Below the pieces are notes generated by a model. The model was not told the DNA's origin. It did not search any database and saw only the letters and a program-made list of their open reading frames with translations. A DNA stretch of 64,000 nucleotides from a virus: the IMG/VR virus record IMGVR_UViG_3300025941_000001, positions 1 through 64,000 of that record; one strand, given 5' to 3'. The position numbers and the translations under genes are program-made. Shown piece by piece: positions 16,885-27,472 of this stretch (positions are counted from its first letter, which is position 1; every line of letters starts with the position of its first letter).

Positions 16885-17391
16885 TTACTCCGTTTTCGCC
16901 GGGCCGAGAGGCGTCGGGGTCGGCGAGGGGACAGTCGAGATCGGGAGCCCGGGCGCGGGAGCGGCGAGCGGCTGACCGGCCTGCAACAGCGCGATGGCGT
17001 TCGCTTGCGCCTGCCTGTCGGCGAGGTTACGGAAATACTGCACAAGCCAAAGGATGGCGATGGTGAGCACGGGCCAAACCCATCCCGGCATCTTCGGGAG
17101 GAACTGCGACGGGTCCACGCCTGCTTGCGTCACGAGCGGTGCGATCTCGTCATGTGCCAGCACGAGCACGCTGCCCATCGAGATGATGAGCGTGACGAGC
17201 TTCTGCTTGACGCCGGAGAACTTGGCGTTGACGGCGTAGAGCCAACCGGCCTCGGCGTCGTAGACATCCTTGAAGCCGGGGGTTTGCTTCAAGATCGGGC
17301 GCAGTCCGACGAAGTAGCCGACGAACAGCGTGAAGACCACGAGAACCGGGAGAAGGTAGTTGGCGAGAACGTGAGGGTCGAGACTGGACAT
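16885..17391 (-). CDS. Putative holin (3 TM)
   Basis: Three hydrophobic segments directly downstream of endolysin. Confidence 0.6.
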   Translation of the reverse strand: MSSLDPHVLANYLLPVLVVFTLFVGYFVGLRPILKQTPGFKDVYDAEAGWLYAVNAKFSGVKQKLVTLIISMGSVLVLAHDEIAPLVTQAGVDPSQFLPKMPGWVWPVLTIAILWLVQYFRNLADRQAQANAIALLQAGQPLAAPAPGLPISTVPSPTPTPLGPAKTE

Positions 17392-17403
17392 TGTTGCTGA
17401 TCC

Positions 17404-18228
17404 TTATGCGGTGACGGCAGCCGGGGGCAGCACGACGGTCGCGTTGAGCATCGCGGCGTGCTGGTGTTTCCAGACGGCGTACCCGATACCGCCGACGATG
17501 ATGAAGCCGAGGCCAATCGCGAGCAACTCCGGCGGCACGCCTGCGGCCCAGCCCGAGGGGCCGGTCGTGAGAACGGTGCCGGTCGTGCCCTTGATGACGT
17601 TGCTGTTCGTCTTCGGGTCACCGTGCTGCGCCTTGGGCGTCGAAACGTTCGACAGGTCCGGCGGGATGGGCTCGGCGACAGCGCCGGGGGCCGCAGTGAG
17701 ATGGTGAGCATAGGCCTTGAGATCGGCCACACGCGCGCCCCAGCCTCCGCCAAAGGTCCGCCACGCGGAGCCGCCACGGATGGCATGCATGAACGCGAGC
17801 CGCTCAGCGGACATCGCGTCGATGAACTTGTCGGGGTCGGTCTTCTTGAGGGCGTCGAGCAATGGCTGATCCATTCTCGCGCCCGGCGGGAGCTTGAGTA
17901 TCGCGCGAGCGACGCGGAGCGGACGCGAGACGCCGGAGTTGACGCCATAGTCCATCATCTCCACGTCGATGCCTGCCGGAAGATCGTTGTAGCGAATGGC
18001 CGCCGCGTACTTCTTGGCATAGATTTGCTCGGCGGTGTCGAGTGTCATCGCCTTGACGATGGGAGCCCAGCGGGACATGCTGTCCATCTTCTGGCCCATA
18101 TGCTCGGCGAGATCGAAGCACGTCACGCCATACTTCGTCGGGCCGCCAGTATCGGCTTTATCCCAGCCGTAGCCGCCCTCGTACTTCTGGATCATACGAC
18201 CCACGAATGGTTTGTAGGTGTTCAACAT
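17404..18228 (-). CDS. Endolysin, glycoside hydrolase family 108, with C-terminal membrane segment
   Basis: EGGY...D.GG.TKYGVT, LPAGID...D.GVNSG, FGGGW..RV. Confidence 0.9.
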   Translation of the reverse strand: MLNTYKPFVGRMIQKYEGGYGWDKADTGGPTKYGVTCFDLAEHMGQKMDSMSRWAPIVKAMTLDTAEQIYAKKYAAAIRYNDLPAGIDVEMMDYGVNSGVSRPLRVARAILKLPPGARMDQPLLDALKKTDPDKFIDAMSAERLAFMHAIRGGSAWRTFGGGWGARVADLKAYAHHLTAAPGAVAEPIPPDLSNVSTPKAQHGDPKTNSNVIKGTTGTVLTTGPSGWAAGVPPELLAIGLGFIIVGGIGYAVWKHQHAAMLNATVVLPPAAVTA

Positions 18229-18296
18229 GGTTCGGCTCCGGGGACAGAGAGATACCCAGAGGTTGACGCCGAGGGGTCCAGCGTCAACCTACAGGT

Positions 18297-18563
18297 TTAC
18301 GCGGACGGGGCGAGCGGCTGTTCGGAAGGCTTGAGCGCAACCTTTGGCGCGGGAGCGGCCGGGGCGATCTGCGCGAGCACGTCGGCCTGAGCGCCGCGAA
18401 CCTTCGCGAGTGCATCGGCCTCAACGCTGTTGAGCGCAACGCGCAACTGCGACGGGATGCCCTTGAACCAATCCTTGATTTTGGTCGAGAACAAAACGCC
18501 TGCGATCAGCGCGACTGCGCCGACAATGATGTTGATTTCGAGATTGGTGACGAAGTCGAGCAT
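18297..18563 (-). CDS. Membrane-anchored hypothetical protein
   Basis: GAGG RBS; N-terminal TM segment. Confidence 0.7.
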   Translation of the reverse strand: MLDFVTNLEINIIVGAVALIAGVLFSTKIKDWFKGIPSQLRVALNSVEADALAKVRGAQADVLAQIAPAAPAPKVALKPSEQPLAPSA

Positions 18564-18598
18564 GGGGCGGCCTCACGGTTTTGGGGGAGTTCCCGCCA

Positions 18599-18634
18599 CC
18601 TTTAGCCGTTAACCATGTTCAAGTCAAGCCGGTT
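18599..18634 (-). promoter_or_regulatory. Promoter of lysis cassette with CtrA half-site in spacer
   Basis: (-) AACCGGC-TTGACT-tgaacatggttaacggc-TAAAGG; TTAACCAT at 18609-18616. Confidence 0.6.
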
Positions 18635-18654
18635 GCATCCCGGACGGGGCCAAA

Positions 18655-19578
18655 TTATGACCGCGTGTGCCTGACCGAGTACCAATCATAAGTCGAGCGC
18701 AAGCCATCAGCGAATGAGACTTTCGGCTGCCAGCCCAGCGCATGGAGCTTCGAGAGATCGGAGTAGCACTCCGGCCGTCCAGTCGGTTTGCTCGTGTCAA
18801 AGCGAACGTCCGACCAATCCACGCCGCTGATATCCGAGAGAAGCTTGGCGATGTCCCTGATCGCGACCGTCGTGCCGCTGCCGATGTTGATCGGCCCGGT
18901 GAAGTCGTTGCCCATAAAAAGGCTGGCGATGTCCGCGAGGTCCGCGCTGTGCAGGAAGTCGCGACGAGCGGAACCATCGCCCCAGATGTCCACGGCGTTC
19001 TTCGGCGGGACGGACGCCCACCAAAACTTGTGGATCAGGGACGGCAGAACATGGCCGGTCTTCTCGTTGAAGTTGTCGCGCGGTCCATAGAGATTGCCGG
19101 AGACGAGATAGGTGTAGTTCATCCCGGATGCTTCGAGCATCGCGAGCATGTGCCGCTTCGCATGTCCATACCCGGCCTCGCCATCGTGTGGCCGACCGTC
19201 GAAAATGTTCTCTTCACGGTAGGGCAAGATCGCGGGCCACGGATAGATCGCGTTCGTGCCCATGACGACAATCTTCTTGACGCCAACCCAGTGCGAAGCG
19301 TTGATGACGTTCGTGTTGATCATCGTGTTGTTCAAGATGGCTTTGTATTGGTTATCCATGTTGCCTTGAAGGCCATAGACCGTAGCGGCGGCATGGAAGA
19401 CGTATTCAGGCTGGACGCGCCCGAAGAAACGGCCAGTCCTGTCGGCGTCCATCAGGTCGGCGTCGTCGCGCGTGAGCGGCACAACGAACGTAAACCCGCG
19501 CTCGCGCAGATGCTCCACGACAGCCGAACCCGCGAGACCGTTTGCGCCTGTCACAACGATGCAGCTATTCTGTTTCAT
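18655..19578 (-). CDS. fcl: GDP-L-fucose synthase (GDP-4-keto-6-deoxymannose epimerase/reductase)
   Basis: TGANGLAGSA, VFHAAA.V.G, YGHAKR, NLYGPRDNF...GHVLPSLIHKF, WGDGSARRDFLH. Confidence 0.9.
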   Translation of the reverse strand: MKQNSCIVVTGANGLAGSAVVEHLRERGFTFVVPLTRDDADLMDADRTGRFFGRVQPEYVFHAAATVYGLQGNMDNQYKAILNNTMINTNVINASHWVGVKKIVVMGTNAIYPWPAILPYREENIFDGRPHDGEAGYGHAKRHMLAMLEASGMNYTYLVSGNLYGPRDNFNEKTGHVLPSLIHKFWWASVPPKNAVDIWGDGSARRDFLHSADLADIASLFMGNDFTGPINIGSGTTVAIRDIAKLLSDISGVDWSDVRFDTSKPTGRPECYSDLSKLHALGWQPKVSFADGLRSTYDWYSVRHTRS

Positions 19579-20450
19579 GCTTTTAGTCCTTGATTGTGCG
19601 GACCGGAGACAACGGCCCGACGTTGATTTTGCATCAGCCTGAGAGCGGCGCGATGCTGCGCGGACATCTGGCCGGGGATTTGAGGACGAAGGCGACCGCC
19701 CGGGGGAATGGCCGAGAGATAGGAGGCGATCTCTTCCGGGGTGAGAGCCGCCTCAAGCCATGGGGTCGATTTGAAGACGCTCGTGAGCTTGGTCGAGAGG
19801 TACTCGCTCTTGAGCATGATCTTCACGCGCTCGACGACCTCGTCCTTCGAAAGTACGGCATGCCAGTTGAACGCGCCATGGTATCCGAAATGATCCGGGT
19901 TGCGTGGCCCAAGCTCCCACGAGAAGGCCGACGCGAGATCGCGGTTCGGCCATTTGAAGCCTCGGGGCTCCAGAAAGCGTCGCTGCACGCGACAGAAATC
20001 CCAATCGGTAGTGACCGGGAACTGTCGGATGTTGTCCACGACGAAGTGTCCGAGCTTCTGCGACATCAGCGTGAAGCCGCCGTTGCCCACGTCGTAGGGG
20101 TCGCCGGGGCGAACTGTCCACGGTGCGCCGATGTAGTCGTAGTCGAAGAACTCGGGCTTCCACTTGGTCGCGTCGAAGATGCCGCCGTCCCATTCGAGCA
20201 TGAGCGCGAACTCGGTCTCGACGTGGCCCATGGCCCGGCCGTAGTAGAACTCGCCCGCCTGACGCTTGTCGGGGAAGTCGATGCACGGGAGCACGCGAGC
20301 GCCCGGGACCGGCAGAAGCTCCGGCTTGTCAGTGTAGAGCAGCACGTCGCCGAACGTCGCCTTGCTCAGGCAATCGTCGATGACGCGCTTGGTGATCTCG
20401 TGGGCTCGGGTTTCAACGAAGAGAAGAGTAACGCGGGACAGGTCGAGCAT
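19575..20450 (-). CDS. DUF5672-like putative glycosyltransferase
   Basis: EWDG...W..EFFDYDYIGAPW...VGNGGFTLMS...F..E...FGYHG. Confidence 0.75.
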   Translation of the reverse strand: MLDLSRVTLLFVETRAHEITKRVIDDCLSKATFGDVLLYTDKPELLPVPGARVLPCIDFPDKRQAGEFYYGRAMGHVETEFALMLEWDGGIFDATKWKPEFFDYDYIGAPWTVRPGDPYDVGNGGFTLMSQKLGHFVVDNIRQFPVTTDWDFCRVQRRFLEPRGFKWPNRDLASAFSWELGPRNPDHFGYHGAFNWHAVLSKDEVVERVKIMLKSEYLSTKLTSVFKSTPWLEAALTPEEIASYLSAIPPGGRLRPQIPGQMSAQHRAALRLMQNQRRAVVSGPHNQGLKA

Positions 20451-20453
20451 GGG

Positions 20454-21407
20454 TCAGGCTTTCAATCCGGGATGAGTGAGACGCTGTTGCTGGACGAGCA
20501 GAGCCCGGCGCTGCCGTTCGGCCGCGATGCGGTTTCCGGCCGCTGCCGCCGGGTGCCGGTTGTTCATGACCCGGCCGCGATTTTCGGGATTGCCGCCGAC
20601 CCACGGGGCCTCGGTCTCCGCCGGGACCCAGTTGGGATGGCCCGCGACGTAGTTGCGGCGAAGCGTGATGAGCTTCTCCATGGTCTCGCCGTCCTTGACG
20701 GAGTGCACGATGTTGGAGCCGCCGAGGCCGACCGCGCGCTGCGCCAGAGCGAAGCCGTGAGCATACATCTTGCGCTGATCGGCGTGCGGGTTCGGGTATT
20801 GCTTTTGGTTTATCGAGATCGGCCAACTGATCGCGTCCATCATCCGTTTCCACGGGAGCCCGCCAACCATCGTCAACTGCACCATGTAGAAGTCGATGAA
20901 GGGTCGAGACCCGGTCGCCTTGACGAGCGGATGATCGCTCTCGCCTACGGCAACCATTCTCTGCATCATGCTGCGCGACAGAAAGTAGGGCGGCTGGAAC
21001 GCGACCGGCGGCCAACCCTCGGGGAACGGCTCACGGTTCGGAACGCCGTCGAAAACCTGATTAGACCATACGACATCCTCATCGTAGAGGTACGCCGGAA
21101 TGATGGGGTCGAGCACAGCACTGTCGGCGTCGTTGAGAAGAAAGAAACCGTGGTCAGGATACGCTTCGAGCAGCGCCTTCATCTGCGCCAGTTGTCGGTC
21201 GAGCGAAACCTGCCCGGTGTAGCCGACGAGGCCCGCATGGATGTTGTCAACGCCCTCGACCACGACGGCGCTATCGGTCGGCGAGACGACGACGACCTTG
21301 CTCCCGGCATGATGGAGGTACGCGGGAAGGTTCCCTTGAACCTGATGGAGGTCGCCAGCGTAACAGTGGATGGCGACGACGGTCTCCCGATTGCGATCAT
21401 GTGCCAT
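20454..21407 (-). CDS. Putative GT-A-type glycosyltransferase (paralogue of 21397-22089)
   Basis: VAIHCYAGD, FFLLNDADS (DxD), AFQPPYF. Confidence 0.6.
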   Translation of the reverse strand: MAHDRNRETVVAIHCYAGDLHQVQGNLPAYLHHAGSKVVVVSPTDSAVVVEGVDNIHAGLVGYTGQVSLDRQLAQMKALLEAYPDHGFFLLNDADSAVLDPIIPAYLYDEDVVWSNQVFDGVPNREPFPEGWPPVAFQPPYFLSRSMMQRMVAVGESDHPLVKATGSRPFIDFYMVQLTMVGGLPWKRMMDAISWPISINQKQYPNPHADQRKMYAHGFALAQRAVGLGGSNIVHSVKDGETMEKLITLRRNYVAGHPNWVPAETEAPWVGGNPENRGRVMNNRHPAAAAGNRIAAERQRRALLVQQQRLTHPGLKA

Positions 21408-22089
21408 TGAACTGTTTCCTCGCTGTTCTCAAAAGGTCGCACGTCTCGTTCGTCTTGACCGAGTGGACGAACGTGGTGCCGTGATAGCGGACGGCATTCC
21501 ATGCCGCTCCGGCCCAGAAAGGATCATACGTGGGATAGCTGATCGCCCCCTCGACGTGCTTCCACGGTACGTCGGCCGCGATAGCCGCCTGCACGAACCA
21601 ATGGTCGATGAAGAGCATATCCGGATTGAAGGGGACATCGGTCGCGAGAAGCTTCTCGATCACTGAGCGAGATGTGAACCACGGGGGCTGGAACGCGACA
21701 TGCGGCATTCCCTCGGGATAGAAGGCTTGCTGCTGTGGTATCTCGTCGATGACGACGTTCGACCAAAGCACATCGGGCTCGACGTAGAGGTAGCCCGGGA
21801 GTTTGGCATCGAGCACGATGCTGTCGGCGTCGTGGATCAGAAAGAAAGTTTCGGGGGTCTCGTCGAGCAGGATGCGAAGCTGACGCTGCATCCGTAGGAT
21901 TGCGTCCTCGCCGATATAGCAGCGCTTGCCGCCTGCGCGGCAGTCGAGCCCGGGGATAAGTACCGGGCTGTCCTCGGGGGAGAGAATGGTGATCGGACAC
22001 TCGTGATGACGATAGATGTCCATCATGGAGACGACTTGATTGGCGTCTCCCTGATAGCAACAAATCGCGACCCGAGTGTCAATGTTCAT
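21397..22089 (-). CDS. Putative GT-A-type glycosyltransferase
   Basis: [30 protein letters not shown]. Confidence 0.6.
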   Translation of the reverse strand: MNIDTRVAICCYQGDANQVVSMMDIYRHHECPITILSPEDSPVLIPGLDCRAGGKRCYIGEDAILRMQRQLRILLDETPETFFLIHDADSIVLDAKLPGYLYVEPDVLWSNVVIDEIPQQQAFYPEGMPHVAFQPPWFTSRSVIEKLLATDVPFNPDMLFIDHWFVQAAIAADVPWKHVEGAISYPTYDPFWAGAAWNAVRYHGTTFVHSVKTNETCDLLRTARKQFNGT

Positions 22090-23101
22090 CCGCCAATTCC
22101 TTCACGTCGGCCGAAACCATTTCCTTCACGAGCGCCCGAAACGTCGTCTTGGGTCGCCAGCCGAGCCGCTCCATAGCCTTCTTTGGGTCGCCGCGCAAGA
22201 CGTTTACCTCAGTTGGCCGAAAGTATTTTCGGTCGATCAGGACGACCTCTTCCCCGGTCTTCCGGTCGTACCCGGCCTCGACCTCGCCGCTGCCGCGCCA
22301 CGCGATGTCCATGCCGACCTCGTCAAAGGCGAGTTCGACGAACTCGCGCACGGTATGCGCTTCGCCGGTCGCGACGACGTAGTCATCGGGTTTGTCTTGC
22401 TGGAGCGCGAGCCACATCGCCTCGACGTAGTCCTTGGCGTGGCCCCAATCCCGGAGGGCGTCGAGGTTGCCGAGGTAGAGGCAGTCCTGCTTGCCCGCCG
22501 CTATCGCGGCGACAGCCTTGGTGATCTTGCGCGTGACGAACGTCGGGCCGCGCCGAGGGCTCTCATGATTGAAGAGAATGCCGTTGCTCGCGTGGATGCC
22601 ATAGGCTTCGCGGTAGTTCACCGTGATCCAGTACGCATAGAGCTTCGCAGCCGCATACGGGCTGCGCGGCATGAACGGCGTCTGCTCGTTCCGAAGATAA
22701 CCGCCGGAGTTGCCATAGAGTTCCGAGGTCGAGGCCTGATAGAAGGTCGGGGTGTGGCCCTTCTCATACTGTGCTTTCACCGCTTCAAGCAGCCGCATGG
22801 TGCCGAGCGCGTCCGAGTTCGCGGTGTACTCCGGCGTCTCGAAGCTGACTTGGACGTGCGACTGAGCGGCGAGATTGTAGACCTCGTGCGGGTCCACGGC
22901 ACTGACGATGCGCGAGAGGCTCGACCCGTCCGTCATGTCGCCGTAGTGCAGCTTGAGGGCGGAGAGGTGATCGACGCGCGAAGTGTTGTAGCTGGAGGCC
23001 CGGCGTTTGATACCGTGCACCTCGTAGCCCTTGCTGAGCAGAAGCTCCGCGAGGTAGCTGCCGTCTTGTCCGGTGACCCCGGTGATCAATGCTCTTTTCA
23101 T
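22079..23101 (-). CDS. gmd: GDP-mannose 4,6-dehydratase
   Basis: [67 protein letters not shown]. Confidence 0.97.
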   Translation of the reverse strand: MKRALITGVTGQDGSYLAELLLSKGYEVHGIKRRASSYNTSRVDHLSALKLHYGDMTDGSSLSRIVSAVDPHEVYNLAAQSHVQVSFETPEYTANSDALGTMRLLEAVKAQYEKGHTPTFYQASTSELYGNSGGYLRNEQTPFMPRSPYAAAKLYAYWITVNYREAYGIHASNGILFNHESPRRGPTFVTRKITKAVAAIAAGKQDCLYLGNLDALRDWGHAKDYVEAMWLALQQDKPDDYVVATGEAHTVREFVELAFDEVGMDIAWRGSGEVEAGYDRKTGEEVVLIDRKYFRPTEVNVLRGDPKKAMERLGWRPKTTFRALVKEMVSADVKELADEH

Positions 23102-23394
23102 AAACACTTCTCCGCTTTCCTGATGACCCAGCGTGGGAGCTTCAACTCCACGGCCTTGGCGCGAGCCTCGGCTTCGGAGTGCGATTGCAGATATGCCTTG
23201 AGCATCCCGCACATCTCGTTGCACGGAGGCCACGCGGAGGACATGGCTTCATATCGGCCGGAGCCGTAGCAAGCCCAGATGTCTTCCTCGGCGTGAACCT
23301 TCGTCGCCGCAAACGCGAGCAGCGCAGCGAGCACAAGAAAAAGCGCCCACGGGAAGAGCGCTTTGATCTTCGGGTCGATGTCGCGATGGTTCAT
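23098..23394 (-). CDS. Small membrane/secreted hypothetical protein
   Basis: Hydrophobic segment, several Cys; ATGA overlaps. Confidence 0.55.
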   Translation of the reverse strand: MNHRDIDPKIKALFPWALFLVLAALLAFAATKVHAEEDIWACYGSGRYEAMSSAWPPCNEMCGMLKAYLQSHSEAEARAKAVELKLPRWVIRKAEKCL

Positions 23395-24023
23395 GCCTTC
23401 AATCCTCCAATACGTCCGTTGCGGTGCCTGTCCGTGATCTCTTCTCGAAGCCAATCTTCCGTGGGCTCTGTGAACTGTTCCTTCGTCCATCCGTTGAAGC
23501 TTCGAACGTAGGGCTTGAGTTCCTTGAGGCGCGGCGTCCATCCCCGACGAAACGCGAGCGCTGCGTTCCACGGCTCGTTGCGGACGAAGTGATTGGCCTC
23601 CACTGTCATCGGAACTCCGCACAGAATGATGTGGACGTATCCATTCTCCCTCGCAACCTTGACGCAAAAGAGGCCGGTCGAGCCGGACCAATCCCGGGTC
23701 CAGTTGGTGATCGACGAGGTCGAGCGATGAGCCCATACCTTCGGCGGGTCGTTGAAGCCATTGGCCCGACGACGGGGCATCCATAGCTGGAGTTTTTCCG
23801 GATGAAGCGTGAGCGCGTGGTCAATGTCATGCGGGAAGCGTTCTATCATATCGTTCCCGGCAAAAACACTAGCATGTTTGCCCGCTCGCTCGACGAGTGC
23901 ACGGGCCTGCTCGTACTCGGCGAACGGGTCGCCGCCGCCGCAGACAATGATCGCAATGTCTTGAGTGGTCGGGGCTTCAACGATGAGGGGCGCGACAGGG
24001 GGACGCATCACGTAAGCGATCAT
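23391..24023 (-). CDS. Maf/GT29-like nucleotide-sugar-dependent transferase candidate
   Basis: IIVCGGG ... SGSTGLFCVKVARENGYVHIILCGVPM. Confidence 0.55.
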   Translation of the reverse strand: MIAYVMRPPVAPLIVEAPTTQDIAIIVCGGGDPFAEYEQARALVERAGKHASVFAGNDMIERFPHDIDHALTLHPEKLQLWMPRRRANGFNDPPKVWAHRSTSSITNWTRDWSGSTGLFCVKVARENGYVHIILCGVPMTVEANHFVRNEPWNAALAFRRGWTPRLKELKPYVRSFNGWTKEQFTEPTEDWLREEITDRHRNGRIGGLKA

Positions 24024-24976
24024 GGAGTGTCCCCAATTTGTATACAGTTTTGGGACACGAAATCGGCGACGGCGAGCTTCGCCGCGTCGAGGTCGAGCGA
24101 TTTATCACAGACTTTCCGACACGCCGAGGTCCAGCATGAGCATGGAGCCCTCGGCCCAATTGCGAGGTAGGGGGCGAACCGGATGCCGCTGTCGTGGCAG
24201 CGCGGGTCCTCGTAGCCGCCGACGATGGACAGCGTGGGCGTGCCGACCGCTGGGCCGAGGATAGCCGGAAATCCGCTGGAGGTGTAGACGAGGCTCGCGC
24301 GCTTGAACAGGGCGGCCAGAGCTTCGAAGACGAGTTCGCCCTTGTGAAAAGTCAGGTCGGGTTTAGGGTCCGGTCCGACGATCCACTCTTTACCCGCTTC
24401 AAGGTCCGCGACCGACACGACGAAGAACTTATCCCGGATACTTTCGAATAGCGCTTCGTATGCCGCCGGGTCCGCGTTGCGAGCGCTGCCGCCGCTCCAC
24501 TCAGGTCGGGTGCAAAGCGGACGATACACGAGCCACGGCCTTCCCCTCGCGCCATCCGCGTTAGCTCCCAGCGCGGCGTCGAGCTTTTCATTCCAACTAT
24601 CAGGGACAGGGAGGCGATAATCCGCCTCCGCAAATGACGTGCGCGTCGCATTACACATAGCCTCTAAAATCGTTTTGCTCGGCGACGCGAGAACTTGCTG
24701 TCCCGTGTACGCCACGCGCATGTTCGCGCGCATGAGCGGATGAACTGGAGTGAACATGACGCTCTCGCTTTCGCGAGCCGCGTTCTTCGCTTGCGTCCGG
24801 AGGCCCGTGGGCCGCCGACAAACCATAAGACCTTCGGCGATGAGATCGTGATACATCGAAGGCCACGGGGTCTCTAACGTCACGGTGTAGCGTTCCATCA
24901 ACTGCCGAAGGACCGCTCGCTGATGCAAGCAGTCCCCCATGCCGAACATTCCCATGACGCGCAGAGCAGGCTTCAT
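24020..24976 (-). CDS. GT9 (heptosyltransferase-like) glycosyltransferase
   Basis: GMGDCL, FEALAALFKRASLVYTSSGFPAILGPAVGTPTL. Confidence 0.75.
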   Translation of the reverse strand: MKPALRVMGMFGMGDCLHQRAVLRQLMERYTVTLETPWPSMYHDLIAEGLMVCRRPTGLRTQAKNAARESESVMFTPVHPLMRANMRVAYTGQQVLASPSKTILEAMCNATRTSFAEADYRLPVPDSWNEKLDAALGANADGARGRPWLVYRPLCTRPEWSGGSARNADPAAYEALFESIRDKFFVVSVADLEAGKEWIVGPDPKPDLTFHKGELVFEALAALFKRASLVYTSSGFPAILGPAVGTPTLSIVGGYEDPRCHDSGIRFAPYLAIGPRAPCSCWTSACRKVCDKSLDLDAAKLAVADFVSQNCIQIGDTP

Positions 24977-24981
24977 TCGCC

Positions 24982-25350
24982 TTAGCCGTGCGTGATCGAC
25001 GCCGTGGTGATCGTGACCGGCTGCCCGGCGACGATGTTGGTGGACGACAGGACGATGTCGCCCGAGGTGCTCGACACGGTCAAGCCGGAGACGATCACGG
25101 TGCCGCCGCTGTCCGTGAGCGTGGCCGCCGCTGCCGTGCCGCTGGCAGCCGCCGAGCTATCGGTCAGCGGAGTGCCGGAGAACGTCAGCACGCCGCCAGA
25201 GACCGTGCCCGCCGGGTTGGCGAGGTTGATGGTCGAGAGCAGCGTCGCGAGCGCGGCGGTATAAATCTTGAGCTTACCGGCCGAACCGAGCGCCGTGACC
25301 ACGTCGGTCATACGGGTATTTTTCAGTGTGGTGTTGTAGACGACGGACAT
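24982..25350 (-). CDS. Virion structural protein (paralogue of 41598-42041)
   Basis: KLKIYT...LLSTINL...GTAAAA...DS.G...GL.V...DIVL..T.IV.G..V.IT. Confidence 0.75.
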   Translation of the reverse strand: MSVVYNTTLKNTRMTDVVTALGSAGKLKIYTAALATLLSTINLANPAGTVSGGVLTFSGTPLTDSSAAASGTAAAATLTDSGGTVIVSGLTVSSTSGDIVLSSTNIVAGQPVTITTASITHG

Positions 25351-25369
25351 GGTCTGTCCCTCCCTTCGA

Positions 25370-26548
25370 TCAGGTTACAAAACGACGACGACGGCGGCGA
25401 ACCTGAGTAACGCCTGCGCCGATGAACCGTGCACGATCAGCCGCCCCAGTGGCGGCCAATGTTCCTTGTGGAGGCACTGCGCCTACGGCCGAGAATATGT
25501 CCGGAGTGCCGACTGTAATGAGGACGCCGTCCTCGCCCAGCCCGATGCCGGTCGCGTGGAATTGGTCAGCGGCTCCGGTGGTGACAAACGTTCCGGTGAT
25601 GGGTTGGAAGCCGAATGCGGAGAAAGTGTCTACAGCTTCAACCGAGAATATAACGCCCGACGCCGCGACATGGCCCGCCGCCGCTAATGTATCTGGATTT
25701 TCGGTCGCTGTCAAATCCCCTCTAACCCCAGAGAAGAGATACCCAACCATGTGGGCGGTGTCTGCGGTCTCGGTAGCGGCGAGCGTGCCGGACGGGGAAG
25801 AGGCATCCGAAGTCAGGGCGAAACCGATGGCGTACCAATTGGTGCAGGACGTAGGCGCGGAATACGTGACGTTCGAATACGGCCCCGTGACGGCCGGACC
25901 GCCGCTGCCGATGCCAGACGCGTACTCCGCGTCGATAAACTCAGACGCGTTCTTCTGTTGAATAACCTGTTGGTTACGCGACACGCCGTTGAACGACACG
26001 TTCTGGGTAGCCCGGGTCGTTCCCCACGTTCCGAAAATCCAAATCGGATAGATGTGCGTCTGAGTGGTCGAAATACCCGTGATGGTCTCAGCGGTCGAAG
26101 TGGACGCTTGGACGATCTTCGGCAGTGACGCGTTGCCGTCGAACGGGTTGGCCGCGTCATACCCAAGAAGTTTCGGGCTTATGACCATAGCGGCGGCGTC
26201 AATTGTGCCGCTGTGGTTCACGGTTATATCAATCGAAGTTGCGGGAACGGTCGCCCCTTTAGTGTACCATACTTCTACCGCAAACGATTTCTGGGCTCCG
26301 TTAACCGTTGGTCCCGTGCTCCAGCCCGAATGCGCTTCGACGGCTGTATATTTAGACCACGTGTTACCTTGATTGTCCGTGATGGACGTGATTGGTTGTG
26401 GCGTTGTCGAAGTGGTCGTATAGATGATACCCATGACCAGCATGGCATTCGACTGGCTCGCGCCGCCGATAGCCAGCGTCTTCGCACCAGACGAGGATAC
26501 GCCATTGTACGTTGCCGATGCAGCGCTGCCAACTTCGGTAATGGCCAT
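25370..26548 (-). CDS. Ser/Thr-rich fibre/appendage protein (paralogue of 42072-44174)
   Basis: ITDNQGNTW...EVWY domain; C-terminal G.L.ATE..D repeats. Confidence 0.75.
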   Translation of the reverse strand: MAITEVGSAASATYNGVSSSGAKTLAIGGASQSNAMLVMGIIYTTTSTTPQPITSITDNQGNTWSKYTAVEAHSGWSTGPTVNGAQKSFAVEVWYTKGATVPATSIDITVNHSGTIDAAAMVISPKLLGYDAANPFDGNASLPKIVQASTSTAETITGISTTQTHIYPIWIFGTWGTTRATQNVSFNGVSRNQQVIQQKNASEFIDAEYASGIGSGGPAVTGPYSNVTYSAPTSCTNWYAIGFALTSDASSPSGTLAATETADTAHMVGYLFSGVRGDLTATENPDTLAAAGHVAASGVIFSVEAVDTFSAFGFQPITGTFVTTGAADQFHATGIGLGEDGVLITVGTPDIFSAVGAVPPQGTLAATGAADRARFIGAGVTQVRRRRRRFVT

Positions 26549-26555
26549 TTCAGGT

Positions 26556-27410
26556 TTATTCCGTCAGAAGAGTGACGATGGAGAACGAGATGTCCGATTG
26601 ATTGATGTCCGGCGTAGTCGGACCCACCATCGACAAAACGTCTCCGGGGAAGAGAACGGTCTCGGCCAGCGTGACCGTGATCGTCTCCGGCGAGCCGCCT
26701 GAGAAATTGATGCTGCCGATAGCGTCCCCATTCAAGAGAAGGTTGTAGGTGGTCGCGGAGTTCGCCGGGGTGCCCTCGAAGAACGCCGACCCGGTCAGGC
26801 TGACCGGCAGAACCGAATGATCGACGACCGCGTACTGCAACAGAAGCTCGCTCGGATCAGGATGCCCGTTGACTTGCACGAACAGCACGCGCTTGTCGCT
26901 GACCCACTCCGTCGTGAACGGGCTCGCGCGGGAGCGCACGAGACGCTGACCGATGGTGCCGTCAGCCGGGAGAGAGTTCGCGGGCGTCTCCAAGAGCAGC
27001 ATGTAGAGCGGATGACCGAGGCCGTCCGTTGCCAGCGGAGAGAACGTCGCCGCGCTCGTGTGAGCAATCGAGACGAGATACGTCGAGCCGTTATCACTCA
27101 CGACATCGAACGCCGCGTAGGCGGTGAGCGGCTTCCACTGGCCCTTGGGGTTCCACTGCGAAGTCGGAATGGTGAAAGGACCGAGCACGCGATGATCGGT
27201 CAAGTGGATGAAGAACTGATTTCCGCCGGTCACTTGCGAGATGAAATCGATGCCAGCGGCAGCGCCCGCGAGCAATTGATCTTCGAGCGCGGCGACCGCG
27301 ATGAACAGGCTCCAGAAGTTGAGATCGACGGTCGCGGCAGCGAGCGGCGAGCCTTGTCCGCCGCCCCAGCGCGTGCCGTCGTCTGTGCGGTACGTGAGAT
27401 TGTCAACCAT
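26556..27410 (-). CDS. Tail fibre/appendage adaptor protein
   Basis: G.PL.AA.VD.NF N-terminus, W....Y...DVV...G..Y module, C-terminal domain shared with 44174-44638. Confidence 0.75.
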   Translation of the reverse strand: MVDNLTYRTDDGTRWGGGQGSPLAAATVDLNFWSLFIAVAALEDQLLAGAAAGIDFISQVTGGNQFFIHLTDHRVLGPFTIPTSQWNPKGQWKPLTAYAAFDVVSDNGSTYLVSIAHTSAATFSPLATDGLGHPLYMLLLETPANSLPADGTIGQRLVRSRASPFTTEWVSDKRVLFVQVNGHPDPSELLLQYAVVDHSVLPVSLTGSAFFEGTPANSATTYNLLLNGDAIGSINFSGGSPETITVTLAETVLFPGDVLSMVGPTTPDINQSDISFSIVTLLTE

Positions 27411-27436
27411 GGAGGTGTCCTTTAAGGCTGGAGGGT

Positions 27437-27472
27437 CTATTAACCATGTTTTAGTGTGGCGTCAAGCCGGTT
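27437..27472 (-). promoter_or_regulatory. Promoter with overlapping CtrA-like site
   Basis: (-) AACCGGC-TTGACG-N17-TAATAG; (+) TTAA-ccatgtt-TTAG at 27440-27454. Confidence 0.6.
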
